Positions 9,612-17,778 of a DNA stretch of 64,000 bases are shown here, piece after piece. This DNA is from Solirubrobacteraceae bacterium (GTDB taxonomy: Bacteria; Actinomycetota; Thermoleophilia; Solirubrobacterales; Solirubrobacteraceae). The stretch lies in contig DASYFT010000005.1 of assembly GCA_036498265.1 (NCBI GenBank), forward strand, positions 13,832 through 77,831. The letters are read 5' to 3'. Below the pieces are notes generated by a model. That model was given only the letters and a program-made list of their open reading frames with translations. It did no database searches and was not told where the DNA came from. Position numbers and translations under genes: made by a program. Within the stretch, counting starts at the first letter, position 1. Each line of letters starts with the position of its first letter.

Positions 9612-10955
9612 TTGAGCCCGCGGATCTCCACGCGCCTGCTCGCCACCCAGTCCGATCAGCGGCTGCTCGAGCTGGCGCGCCGGGGCCACGAGCGGGCGTT
9701 CGAGGCCCTCGTGCATCGCTACAGGCGGCCACTGCTGCGCTACTGCGCCCGGATGGGGCTCGCGGACGGTGTCGCAGAGGAGGTGCTGCAGCAATCGCTG
9801 CTGCGAGCCTGGCTGGCGCTGGGGCGGCGGGTCGAGGTTCGCGAGCCGCGGCCGTGGCTCTACCGCATCGTTCACAACACGGCCGTCAACGCGCTGCGCT
9901 CCGCCGAGCACCGCTTCCAGCCGGCCGAGGAGGCCGCTCCGCACGCCGGCGCCGCGGTCGAGTCCGAGCTGGAGCGAAGGATCGCGCTGCGCGACGCGCT
10001 CTCCGGCGTCGCCGCGCTTCCGCACATGCAGCGCCAGGCGATCGTGCTGAGCGCCCTCGGGGGGCACTCGCACGAAGAGGTCGCAACCGTCCTCGGCGTG
10101 AGCGACGGTGCGGTTCGCGGACTCCTCCACCGGGCCCGCACCACGCTGCGCGGCGCAGCCGCCGCGCTCACGCCGCAGCCGCTCATCAGCTGGGCATGTG
10201 GCACCGGCGCTGCGACCCCGACGGCGGAACGACTGGCGGAACTGTCCCCCCAGCTGGGCGGCGCAGGGATGGCGGCGGTGCTCGCCAAGGGGGCCGCGGT
10301 GGCTCTCACGGGGGCCGTGGTGGTGGCCGGCTCGGCGGTCGTGCACCGGGATCGGACCGGCGCTCACCGATCAGGCGATCACGACCGCGCGTCTTCAACC
10401 AATCGCGACTCCGCCTCCGCCGCGTCCGTGGCCGGCATGGCGACTGGCGCGGGGCGCTCGGCTCCGCTGGCTGCTTCCCTGATCGCCTCGACGGCCCCCG
10501 CACCGCGACAGCGGGGCGCCGGGGCGCGTCCCCCCAGCGGAAGCGGCGAGCGCGGAGCCCGCAGGCGCTCCGACGGGTCCTCGCCTCAGGCCAGCTCCTC
10601 AGAGTCACGATCGGACCGGCGGTCCCGCGATCGGGAAGGCTCTGGCGATCGCGCCGGCGTCACAGGCTCGGACCAGCCGCGCTCGAGCGAAGGCTCGCGC
10701 ACGAACGTCTCCTCCGGGGGCTCCGGCGCGGGCGTGGACGGCGCGGCCTCCGGTGGCTCTCCCCGGAGCTCCGGCGACGGCGCCACACCCCGTCCGCAAC
10801 CCGCAACTAGCTCCGATGGCGGTTCCGTCGCAGATGCGCCCAGCGGTTCGAAAGGCGGCTCGCCTCAGACGAGCGCCGGCGACGGAGCGGCAGAACCCGC
10901 AGGGACGAACTACACCGCCCAGACCCCGCTCGTGCCGGCCCGCCCAGCCGACTGA
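9612..10955 (+). CDS. ECF-type sigma-70 family factor fused to a TM segment and a long Ser/Gly/Arg/Asp-rich tail of about 210 aa
   Basis: Region 2 (RAFEALVHRYRRPLLRYCARM, RPWLYRIVHNTAVNALR) and region 4 (QRQAIVLSALGGHSHEEVATVLGVSDGAVRGLLHRAR) are present. They are followed by the hydrophobic MAAVLAKGAAVALTGAVVVAGSAVV and a low-complexity tail. Confidence 0.8.
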   Translation: MSPRISTRLLATQSDQRLLELARRGHERAFEALVHRYRRPLLRYCARMGLADGVAEEVLQQSLLRAWLALGRRVEVREPRPWLYRIVHNTAVNALRSAEHRFQPAEEAAPHAGAAVESELERRIALRDALSGVAALPHMQRQAIVLSALGGHSHEEVATVLGVSDGAVRGLLHRARTTLRGAAAALTPQPLISWACGTGAATPTAERLAELSPQLGGAGMAAVLAKGAAVALTGAVVVAGSAVVHRDRTGAHRSGDHDRASSTNRDSASAASVAGMATGAGRSAPLAASLIASTAPAPRQRGAGARPPSGSGERGARRRSDGSSPQASSSESRSDRRSRDREGSGDRAGVTGSDQPRSSEGSRTNVSSGGSGAGVDGAASGGSPRSSGDGATPRPQPATSSDGGSVADAPSGSKGGSPQTSAGDGAAEPAGTNYTAQTPLVPARPAD

Positions 10956-11274
10956 AGCGTCAGTGACCGGCCCTGGCGCGGGGCGGCCGCGGCGGCGTGA
11001 ACGGGAGGCGCCACCGCACACGACCTCCTGCGCGACCCAGCGCCGCTGGGACTCGCCGAGGCCGTGCAACGGCGGGTGCCGCCCAGTAGGGGAGCGTCAA
11101 TGACCATGCTGGCCGTTGGGGCGCCACTCGGCGCGGGGGTGAATCAACCACGTCTGGCAATTACCCCATTTTGCGTCAGAGCAAGCGGAGCCGACGGGCG
11201 CGATTAGCCGCGTGTTCTGCAGGGTAGGCCCGGTCTCGTCTTGATTAACGCTTCCAGGAGAAGGGATATCCCAA

Positions 11275-12066
11275 ATGGCTGACCAGCCCGCCGCAAGCGC
11301 AAAGCTGATCCAGTACCTCAACGAGGCCTACGGCACCGAGCGGCGTCTCGAGACGGCCCTCGAGGCTCACATAGCGATGACCACCAAGGCGTCGTACAAC
11401 AAGCGCCTGAAGGCACACCTGACTGAGACCAAACGTCACGCTCGCGAGGTCGAGAAACGCATCAAGCAGCTCGGCGGCGAGGCGGAGACGATCGACGCTC
11501 CCGGCCCCGGGGTCGTCAGCGAGGCCGCGCAGGCGGTCGTCGGCGGCGCCCAGCGCGCGGTGGCTCTCGCGCAGGGTCCGATCCACGCCCTGCGCGGCAC
11601 CAGCCAGCAGGAGAAGATGCTCAAGAACGCCAAGACGGAGTACGCCAGCGAGTCCGAAGAGATCGCGCTCTACAGAGCGCTCGAGACCCTCGCCGTCGCG
11701 ATCGGCGACCGGGAAACCCAGCGGCTCGCACGGGCGATCCTGCGCGAGGAGGAGCGCATGCGCGCGTTCCTCGACAAAGAGATCCCGCGCCTGGCCTCCG
11801 ATGTGGCCAAAGCCGAGATCCCCGCGTCCCAGCGTCGCAAACCGGCCCGCCGCAAAGCGACCTCCCGGAAACCGGCTCGTGCCAAAGCCGCCTCGAGCAG
11901 GAAACCCGCCCGCGCGAAAGGCTCCTCCACCCGGACGGCCACGCGCGCCAAAGGCACCTCCACCCGGACAGCCGCGCGCGCCAAAGGCACCTCCACGAGG
12001 AAACCGTCCCGCTCCAAAGCCGGCACCGCCCGTCGCCCCGCCCGAGCAACCGCCGGCCGAGCCTAA
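11275..12066 (+). CDS. DUF892 (YciE/YciF ferritin-like) protein with a Lys/Arg/Ala/Thr-rich repeat tail
   Basis: LIQYLNEAYGTERRLETALEAHI and LKAHLTETKRHAREVEKRIKQLGG are DUF892-like. The C-terminal ~88 aa read KPARRKATSRKPARAKAASSRKPARAKGSSTRTATRAKGTSTRTAARAKGTSTRKPSRSKAG. Confidence 0.8.
   Translation: MADQPAASAKLIQYLNEAYGTERRLETALEAHIAMTTKASYNKRLKAHLTETKRHAREVEKRIKQLGGEAETIDAPGPGVVSEAAQAVVGGAQRAVALAQGPIHALRGTSQQEKMLKNAKTEYASESEEIALYRALETLAVAIGDRETQRLARAILREEERMRAFLDKEIPRLASDVAKAEIPASQRRKPARRKATSRKPARAKAASSRKPARAKGSSTRTATRAKGTSTRTAARAKGTSTRKPSRSKAGTARRPARATAGRA
11929..11994 (+). repeat. 2 x 33-bp in-frame tandem repeat (TRTA[T/A]RAKGTS) within the basic tail
   Basis: ACCCGGACGGCCACGCGCGCCAAAGGCACCTCC is followed by ACCCGGACAGCCGCGCGCGCCAAAGGCACCTCC. 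Degenerate copies flank it. Confidence 0.85.
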
Positions 12067-12073
12067 TCGCTCA

Positions 12074-12175
12074 CTGAGGCGCGAGAGTCAAGCGAGGCAA
12101 GGACGCAGGGAGCGAAGTGTGCTCTGCACACGAGCGACCGAGGACGCAGCCTCGCGCCGACTATTCGCGCCTCAG
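12074..12175. terminator. long nested inverted repeat between convergent genes (candidate bidirectional terminator)
   Basis: Outer arms are CTGAGGCGCGA (12074-12084) and TCGCGCCTCAG (12165-12175). The inner pair is GCGAGGC/GCCTCGC, and the central hairpin is GTGTGC-tct-GCACAC. The structure overlaps the nrdJ stop codon. Confidence 0.4.
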
Positions 12176-15030
12176 CCGCAACCCGTGTTGTTACCGCAGG
12201 ACGAACATGTGTAACACGAGCCGGTTCGCTGCATCATCCCCCCGCACTGGCTGCAGGCCGGTCCCAGGTCGAGGCCCTGGAGCCGCGCCGGCACGACCGG
12301 CGGGGAGTCCGTGAACGAGGCGGCGGCGGGAGAGCTCTCGCCGCCGCCGGCGGAGGCGCGCGGTGCGTCATCCGCCCCGCCTTCCTTGCCGCTGTCCGGT
12401 CCGGCCGTGTCGGAGGACTGCAGCGACAGGGCGGTCTCCTGCGCGGCCTTGCGGGCGCGCACCTCCGGCGTGAGGATGCCGAGCTCCTCCTGGGCGTCGG
12501 TATCCAGGAACCGCGAGGCCAGCCACCGCATGATGTAGTCGGGCATCGACTTGGCGAACGGGATCTCGGGGTTGCCGGTGATCCCCTCGGGCTCGAAGCG
12601 CATGTAGCTGAACTTCTGCACGAGCGTTTCGAGCGGCACGCCGTACTGCAGCGCGATCGAGATGGCGGTGGCGAACGAGTTCATCATCCCGCGCAGCGTC
12701 GAGCCCTCCTTGCCGATGTCGGTCAGGAAGATCTCGCCGACGCTGCCGTCGGGGTACATGCCGGCGGTGATGTAGCCCTCGTGTCCGCCGATCGAGAACT
12801 TGTGGGTGATCGACTGGCGCTCGCGCGGCATCCGCCTGCGGCGCGGGCCGGCCTCGGCGAGCGCCTTGCTTACGGCCTGCTCGACGATCGCGTCGACGTC
12901 CGCGGGCGCCTTCTGCGCGTCGGTGCGCAGCGCCTGGGCCGTCTTTGACCCGTCGCGGTAGATGGCGAGCGCCTTGATGCCGAGGTGCCACGCCTGGGTG
13001 TAGGCGTCGGCGATGTCCTCGATCGTTGCCTCCTGGGGCAGGTTGACGGTCTTCGAGATCGCCCCGGAGATGAACGGCTGGACGGCGCCCATCATCTTCA
13101 GGTGGCCCATGTGGGAGATCGCCCGCTCGCCGACGGCGACGTCGAACACGGGCAGGTGCTCGTCGGCCAGGCCGGGCGCGCCGATGATCGTGCCGTGCTC
13201 GGCCAGGTGGGCCTCGATCTGCTCGATCTGCGGCTCGGAGTAGCCGAGCGTCTGCAGCGCGAGGGGGACCGTGCGGTTGACGATCGTCATCTGCCCGCCG
13301 CCGACCAGCTCCTTGAACTTGACCAGCGAGAAGTCGGGCTCGACGCCGGTCGTGTCGCAGTCCATCAGGAACGAGATCGTGCCGGTCGGCGCCAGCACGG
13401 TGGCCTGGGCGTTGCGGTAGCCGTGACGCTCGCCGAGCTCGACCGCCTCATCCCACGAGCGCCGCGCCGCAGCCAGCAGCTCGGTGTCGGCCAGGGCCTG
13501 CTCGGGGATCGCGTAGGAGGCGTCGCGGTGCATGCGCATCACGCCGTTGTGGGGCTCGCGGTTCTCGGCGTAGCGGTCGTAGGGACCGAGCACGGCGGCC
13601 ACCTCGGCGGATCGCCTGTAGGCCCGCCCGGTCATGAGCGCCGTTATGGCGGCGGCCGTCCCCCTGCCGCTGTCGGAGTCGTAGGGCATGCCGTCGCTCA
13701 TCAGATAGGCGCCGAGGTTGGCGTAGCCCAGCCCGAGCTGACGGAAGGCACGCGCGTTGGTGCCGATCCCCTCGGTGGGGTAGCTGGAGGGCCCCACGAT
13801 GATCTCCTGGGCGAGCAGCATGACGTCGACGGCGTGCTCGAAGCACTCGACGTCCAGGGTGCCGTCGGCACGCCTGAACTTCATGAGGTTCAGCGAGGCC
13901 AGGTTGCAGGCGGAGTCGTCCACGTGCATGTACTCGCTGCACGGGTTCGAGGCGTTGATGCGGCCGCTGTTGGGCGAGGTGTGCCACTGGTTGATCGTGG
14001 TGTCGTACTGCACCCCGGGGTCGGCGCAGCGCCAGGCGGCCTCGGCGATCTCGCGCATCAGCTCGCGAGCGGACACGGTGCCCTCCTCGCCGCCGACCGG
14101 CTCGCCGGTGGTGCGCGAGATCAGCTGCCAGTCGGCGTCCTCCTCGACCGCGCGCATGAACTCGTCGGTGACCCGCACGGAGTTGTTGGCGTTCTGGTAC
14201 TGGATCGACTTGAAGCCGTCGCCGTCGATCGACATGTCGAAGCCGGCGTCGCGCAGGGCGGCGGCCTTGTCCTCCTCCTTGGCCTTGCACCAGATGAACT
14301 CGCGGATGTCCGGGTGGTCGACGTCGAGCACGACCATCTTCGCCGCGCGGCGGGTCTTGCCGCCGGACTTGATGGTGCCGGCCCACGAGTCGGCGCCTCG
14401 CATGAACGACACGGGCCCGGAGGCGGTGCCGCCCTTGGCCAGCGGCTCCATCGAGCCGCGGATGTTCGAGAGGTTGATGCCGGACCCGGAGCCGCCTCTG
14501 AAGATCATCCCCTCCTTGGTGTTCCAGTCGAGGATCGACTCCATCGTGTCGTCGACCGAGAGGATGAAGCAGGCGCTGCACTGCGGGCTCTCCTCGAAGC
14601 CGACGTTGAACCAGACGGGCGAGTTGAAGGCGGCCATCTGGTGCAGCAGGATGTGCGTCAGCTCGTGGTCGAAGGCGCGCGCGTCCTCTTCGCCGGCGAA
14701 GTAGCCGCCGGCCCTGCCCCAGCCGGTGATCGTCCCGGCGACGCGGCTGATCATCTCCCTGACCGAGTGCTCACGCGACGGCGAGCCGATCTGGCCCCTG
14801 AAGTACTTCTGGGCGACGATGTTGGTCGCGTTCTGGGACCAGCTCTTGGGGAACTCGACGTCCTTCTGCTCGAAGGCGACACGGTCGCCGTGGCCGATGC
14901 GCGCGTCGCGCAGCTCCCACTCGACGGCGTCGAACGGATGGGTCTCGGGCGTCGTGAAGAAACGGTCGATCGTCAGCGCGTCGCCGGGCGCTGTCCGAGG
15001 GGTGGCGGTGGGGTGCTGGGGTGGGTTCAT
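12172..15030 (-). CDS. nrdJ: adenosylcobalamin-dependent (class II) ribonucleotide reductase
   Basis: 952 aa with FFTTPETHPFDAVEWELRDARI, SACNLASLNL and TGVEPDFSLVKFK, plus the C-terminal Cys cluster CSQCGGMMQRTGSCYTCSSCGNNTGCG. Confidence 0.95.
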   Translation of the reverse strand: MNPPQHPTATPRTAPGDALTIDRFFTTPETHPFDAVEWELRDARIGHGDRVAFEQKDVEFPKSWSQNATNIVAQKYFRGQIGSPSREHSVREMISRVAGTITGWGRAGGYFAGEEDARAFDHELTHILLHQMAAFNSPVWFNVGFEESPQCSACFILSVDDTMESILDWNTKEGMIFRGGSGSGINLSNIRGSMEPLAKGGTASGPVSFMRGADSWAGTIKSGGKTRRAAKMVVLDVDHPDIREFIWCKAKEEDKAAALRDAGFDMSIDGDGFKSIQYQNANNSVRVTDEFMRAVEEDADWQLISRTTGEPVGGEEGTVSARELMREIAEAAWRCADPGVQYDTTINQWHTSPNSGRINASNPCSEYMHVDDSACNLASLNLMKFRRADGTLDVECFEHAVDVMLLAQEIIVGPSSYPTEGIGTNARAFRQLGLGYANLGAYLMSDGMPYDSDSGRGTAAAITALMTGRAYRRSAEVAAVLGPYDRYAENREPHNGVMRMHRDASYAIPEQALADTELLAAARRSWDEAVELGERHGYRNAQATVLAPTGTISFLMDCDTTGVEPDFSLVKFKELVGGGQMTIVNRTVPLALQTLGYSEPQIEQIEAHLAEHGTIIGAPGLADEHLPVFDVAVGERAISHMGHLKMMGAVQPFISGAISKTVNLPQEATIEDIADAYTQAWHLGIKALAIYRDGSKTAQALRTDAQKAPADVDAIVEQAVSKALAEAGPRRRRMPRERQSITHKFSIGGHEGYITAGMYPDGSVGEIFLTDIGKEGSTLRGMMNSFATAISIALQYGVPLETLVQKFSYMRFEPEGITGNPEIPFAKSMPDYIMRWLASRFLDTDAQEELGILTPEVRARKAAQETALSLQSSDTAGPDSGKEGGADDAPRASAGGGESSPAAASFTDSPPVVPARLQGLDLGPACSQCGGMMQRTGSCYTCSSCGNNTGCG

Positions 15031-15227
15031 CGGACGTCTCTCCTCTGCCGCGCCGGCGTGCTGGTCACGCGCTCTGAGCTGTTGTCGGGGTCGATGATCA
15101 TCTCTCTCGGGCCAGACGGAAAAGACCCGCGCGATCGTCTCCCGGACAGAGCGGAAATGAAGAGGAGAACACCCTCAATTGTAGAAGGGACGGAGCGCCC
15201 CCGACGGCGCCGCGAGGGTGCCCGCGG

Positions 15228-15902
15228 CTAGTGGCCGAGCCGCATCCAGTCGGTGAATTCGGCCCACGTGGAGGAGGCGCGGAAGGACGCCTCGGAGACC
15301 GCGTGGCGGGCCGACAGCGACCAGTGCGGCTCGAAGGCGAGCGAGCGCGCGAGCAGCCAGGCGACGCAGGCCAGGACCAGGAGGCCGGCGAGCGCGGCGA
15401 GCAGGATCTCGCCGAGCGAGAGGCTCGAGGAGCTGTGCGCCGCGGCGCGCGCCGGCGTGGTTTGTGGCGTGGCGCCGAGCGGGCTGGTGGCGGCCGGCGC
15501 CGCCGGCGCTTTCGCCGCCGGAGCCGTCGCGGCGGGGGTCGTCCCGGCGGCGGTGGGCCCGGTCGACGGTTTCGCTGCCGCGGCGGGCGGGGCGGCTTTC
15601 GTGGTGCTCGCGCGGGTGCCCCCCGGGAGTCGGAGGCCGGTCCCGACCTGCGGGACCTTGATCCTGCCCGTCCTCGGCACGTTGCTGGGCGACACCGGAC
15701 CACTCGTGGAGCCCGACTGAAGCCCGGCGGGCGGGGTGCCGTAGATGGTGGTGGTGCTGGTGCGCGTCTTGATCGTGGTGACGGCGCCGGCGCCGGCGGG
15801 CAGCGCGAGGACGGCCACGACTGCGACGGCCGCCAGCGCGGCGACGGTGGTCTGGGTGCTCGCGTGGCGTCGGCGTGGGCGGGCGGGCATGGTCGTGATC
15901 AT
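15228..15902 (-). CDS. membrane protein, hypothetical (N-terminal signal/anchor, Pro/Ala/Thr linker, C-terminal TM)
   Basis: ATG at 15902 (alternative 15890) lies directly after the tmk stop. Features are TVAALAAVAVVAVLALPAGAGA, a PAAT-rich linker and ILLAALAGLLVLACVAWLLA. Confidence 0.5.
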   Translation of the reverse strand: MITTMPARPRRRHASTQTTVAALAAVAVVAVLALPAGAGAVTTIKTRTSTTTIYGTPPAGLQSGSTSGPVSPSNVPRTGRIKVPQVGTGLRLPGGTRASTTKAAPPAAAAKPSTGPTAAGTTPAATAPAAKAPAAPAATSPLGATPQTTPARAAAHSSSSLSLGEILLAALAGLLVLACVAWLLARSLAFEPHWSLSARHAVSEASFRASSTWAEFTDWMRLGH

Positions 15903-15903
15903 G

Positions 15904-16545
15904 CTAGTCAGGCTGCCCGGCGTGCGGCAGCAGGTCATCGAGGGCAGCGAGCGCCTCGCGCAGGACCAGCGCCGGCTGCTGCGCGGCGTCGATCACCCGG
16001 ATCCGCTCGGGCTCGGCGCGGGCCAGGTCCTCGTAGGCGCGGGCGATGGCGGCGAAGAACTCATCGCCCTCGAGCTCCAGCCGGTCCGGCGCCAGCGCGC
16101 GATCGCTCGCGCGGGCGCGGGCATCGTCGGGCGAGATGCGCAGCAGCAGCGTGCGGTCGGGGACGAGCGCCCCGGTCGCGAACAGGTTGACGTCGCGCAC
16201 CGCCTGCACTCCGAGCGAGCGGCCGGCGCCCTGGTAGGCGAGCGAGGAGTCGACGAAGCGGTCGAGCAGGACGATCGCGCCGCTTTCCAGTAGGGGCAGC
16301 AGGCGCTCCTCGACGAGTTGGGCTCGGGCGGCCGCGTAGAGGAGCGCCTCCGCGCGCGGGGCGACGCGGAGCGCCGGGTCCTTGACGAGCGCGCGGATCC
16401 GCTCGGAGAGCTCCACGCCGCCGGGCTCGCGCAGCAGCGTGACCGGCTGGCCGGCTCCGGCGAGCTCGCGCTCGAGGGCTTCGGCGAGCGTGGACTTGCC
16501 GGCGCCGTCGATTCCCTCGATCGTGATCAGCCTGCCGTGGGCCAC
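15904..16545 (-). CDS. tmk: thymidylate kinase
   Basis: Only the C-terminal 213 aa of ORF 15904..17466 look real: GRLITIEGIDGAGKSTLAEAL, LLREPGG and LLDRFVDSSLAYQG. The GTG start is at 16545. Confidence 0.9.
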   Translation of the reverse strand: MAHGRLITIEGIDGAGKSTLAEALERELAGAGQPVTLLREPGGVELSERIRALVKDPALRVAPRAEALLYAAARAQLVEERLLPLLESGAIVLLDRFVDSSLAYQGAGRSLGVQAVRDVNLFATGALVPDRTLLLRISPDDARARASDRALAPDRLELEGDEFFAAIARAYEDLARAEPERIRVIDAAQQPALVLREALAALDDLLPHAGQPD

Positions 16546-16623
16546 GCGGCCACGGTACAGGTGGGCTCGGCCCGCAGCCGGCGCCCGGGCCTGGCTCGCG
16601 CAAGAGACATCTAGGATGCCCGG

Positions 16624-17778
16624 ATGAGTGTGGTTGGCGCAGCGGCCGAGCGGACGCGAGGGGCGGAGACCGGCTCGCTGCCGGGGATCGACGCGCATCC
16701 GCACGCCCGCGCGGTCCTGCTGCCGGCCCTGCCCCCGCACGGGGAGCCGTCGCACGCTTATCTGTTCCACGGGCCGCCCGGCACCGGGAAGCGGACGATC
16801 GCGCGCGCGTTCGCGGCTGCGCTGCTGGCCGACGGCGCCCAGGACCCAGAGGCGGTCGCGGAGCGGGTGCTGCGGGGGGCTCACCCGGACCTGACCTGGG
16901 TGACGCCCTCGGGGGCGGCCGAGATGCTCGTGTCCGACATCGAGGAGCCGGTGGTGGCGGCGGCGAGCCGCACCCCGTTCGAGTCGCGCCGGCGGGTGTT
17001 CGTGATCGAGGCGGTGGACACGATGAACGACCAGGCCGCCAACCGGATGCTGAAGACGCTCGAGGAGCCGCCCGCGTTCGCCCACCTGCTGCTGCTGACG
17101 GACCGCCGCGAGGATGTGATGGCGACGATCTCCTCGCGCTGTCAGCAGGTGCGCTTCGATCCGCTGCCGCCGCGCCTGATCGCCGAGCGGCTGGAGGGTG
17201 CGGACGGGGATCGTGCGCAGGCGAGCGCCCGCCTGGCGTCCGGCGACGCGGCCACGGCGGCGCTGCTGGCGAGCGAGCAGGGGGCCGCGCTGCGCGCGAG
17301 CGCCGAGGCGTTCGTCCGCTCGGCGCTGGCGGGCGCCACGGCCGAGCGACCGTGGGCGGGGCTGCTCGACGCCGCTCGCCGGGCCGGCGCCCTGGCTGGC
17401 GAGGAGGCACAGGAGCGCACCGCCCAGGAGCTCGAGCTGTTGCCGCGCAAGGAGCACCGGCGCCACGAGCGCGAAGGCACCGAGGCCAGGCGCCGGGTGG
17501 AGCGGCGGGTGCGCCGCGAGACGCTGGACCTGGCGCTGCGCCTGGCGGAGCGCTGGCTGCGCGACCTGCTGTGCGTGAGAGAAGGGGCGCCCGAGCTCGT
17601 GTATGCGGTTGACCGCAAGGCCGAGCTCGAGCAGGACGCCGGCGGGCGCGGGGGAGAGCGACTGGCCGAGGCGGTCGAGCTGGTGACGGAGACGCGCCTC
17701 AGCCTCCAGCTGAACGTGTCCGAGGAGCTGGCGCTCGAGTCCCTGGCCTACCGCCTGGAAGCGCTGCTAGCGCGCTGA
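16624..17778 (+). CDS. holB: DNA polymerase III delta-prime subunit
   Basis: HAYLFHGPPGTGKRTIARAFAAALLA, RVFVIEAVDTMNDQAANRMLKTLEEPP and TISSRCQQVRF. Confidence 0.85.
   Translation: MSVVGAAAERTRGAETGSLPGIDAHPHARAVLLPALPPHGEPSHAYLFHGPPGTGKRTIARAFAAALLADGAQDPEAVAERVLRGAHPDLTWVTPSGAAEMLVSDIEEPVVAAASRTPFESRRRVFVIEAVDTMNDQAANRMLKTLEEPPAFAHLLLLTDRREDVMATISSRCQQVRFDPLPPRLIAERLEGADGDRAQASARLASGDAATAALLASEQGAALRASAEAFVRSALAGATAERPWAGLLDAARRAGALAGEEAQERTAQELELLPRKEHRRHEREGTEARRRVERRVRRETLDLALRLAERWLRDLLCVREGAPELVYAVDRKAELEQDAGGRGGERLAEAVELVTETRLSLQLNVSEELALESLAYRLEALLAR

Noticed and set aside
11097-11321. A 74-aa minus-strand ORF in the 320-bp gap upstream of the DUF892 gene.
   Set aside because: It overlaps the DUF892 start by 47 nt, has no RBS and shows no recognisable family. 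The lower local G+C is more simply explained as promoter or leader DNA.
15031-15227. A possible NrdR box or cobalamin riboswitch in the nrdJ leader. The candidates are CTACAATTGAGGGTGT on the minus strand near 15170-15185 and the GATGATCATC palindrome at 15102-15111.
   Set aside because: The best NrdR-box-like segment matches only about 9-10 of 16 consensus positions. The two elements are about 70 bp apart rather than the usual ~31 bp. I could not recognise a B12-box. A covariance-model scan (Rfam cobalamin) and an NrdR PWM scan would be needed.
15904-17466. A 520-aa ORF containing tmk.
   Set aside because: Only the last 213 codons are Tmk-like. The upstream 300 codons are antisense to holB and low-complexity. 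The gene was shortened to the GTG at 16545.
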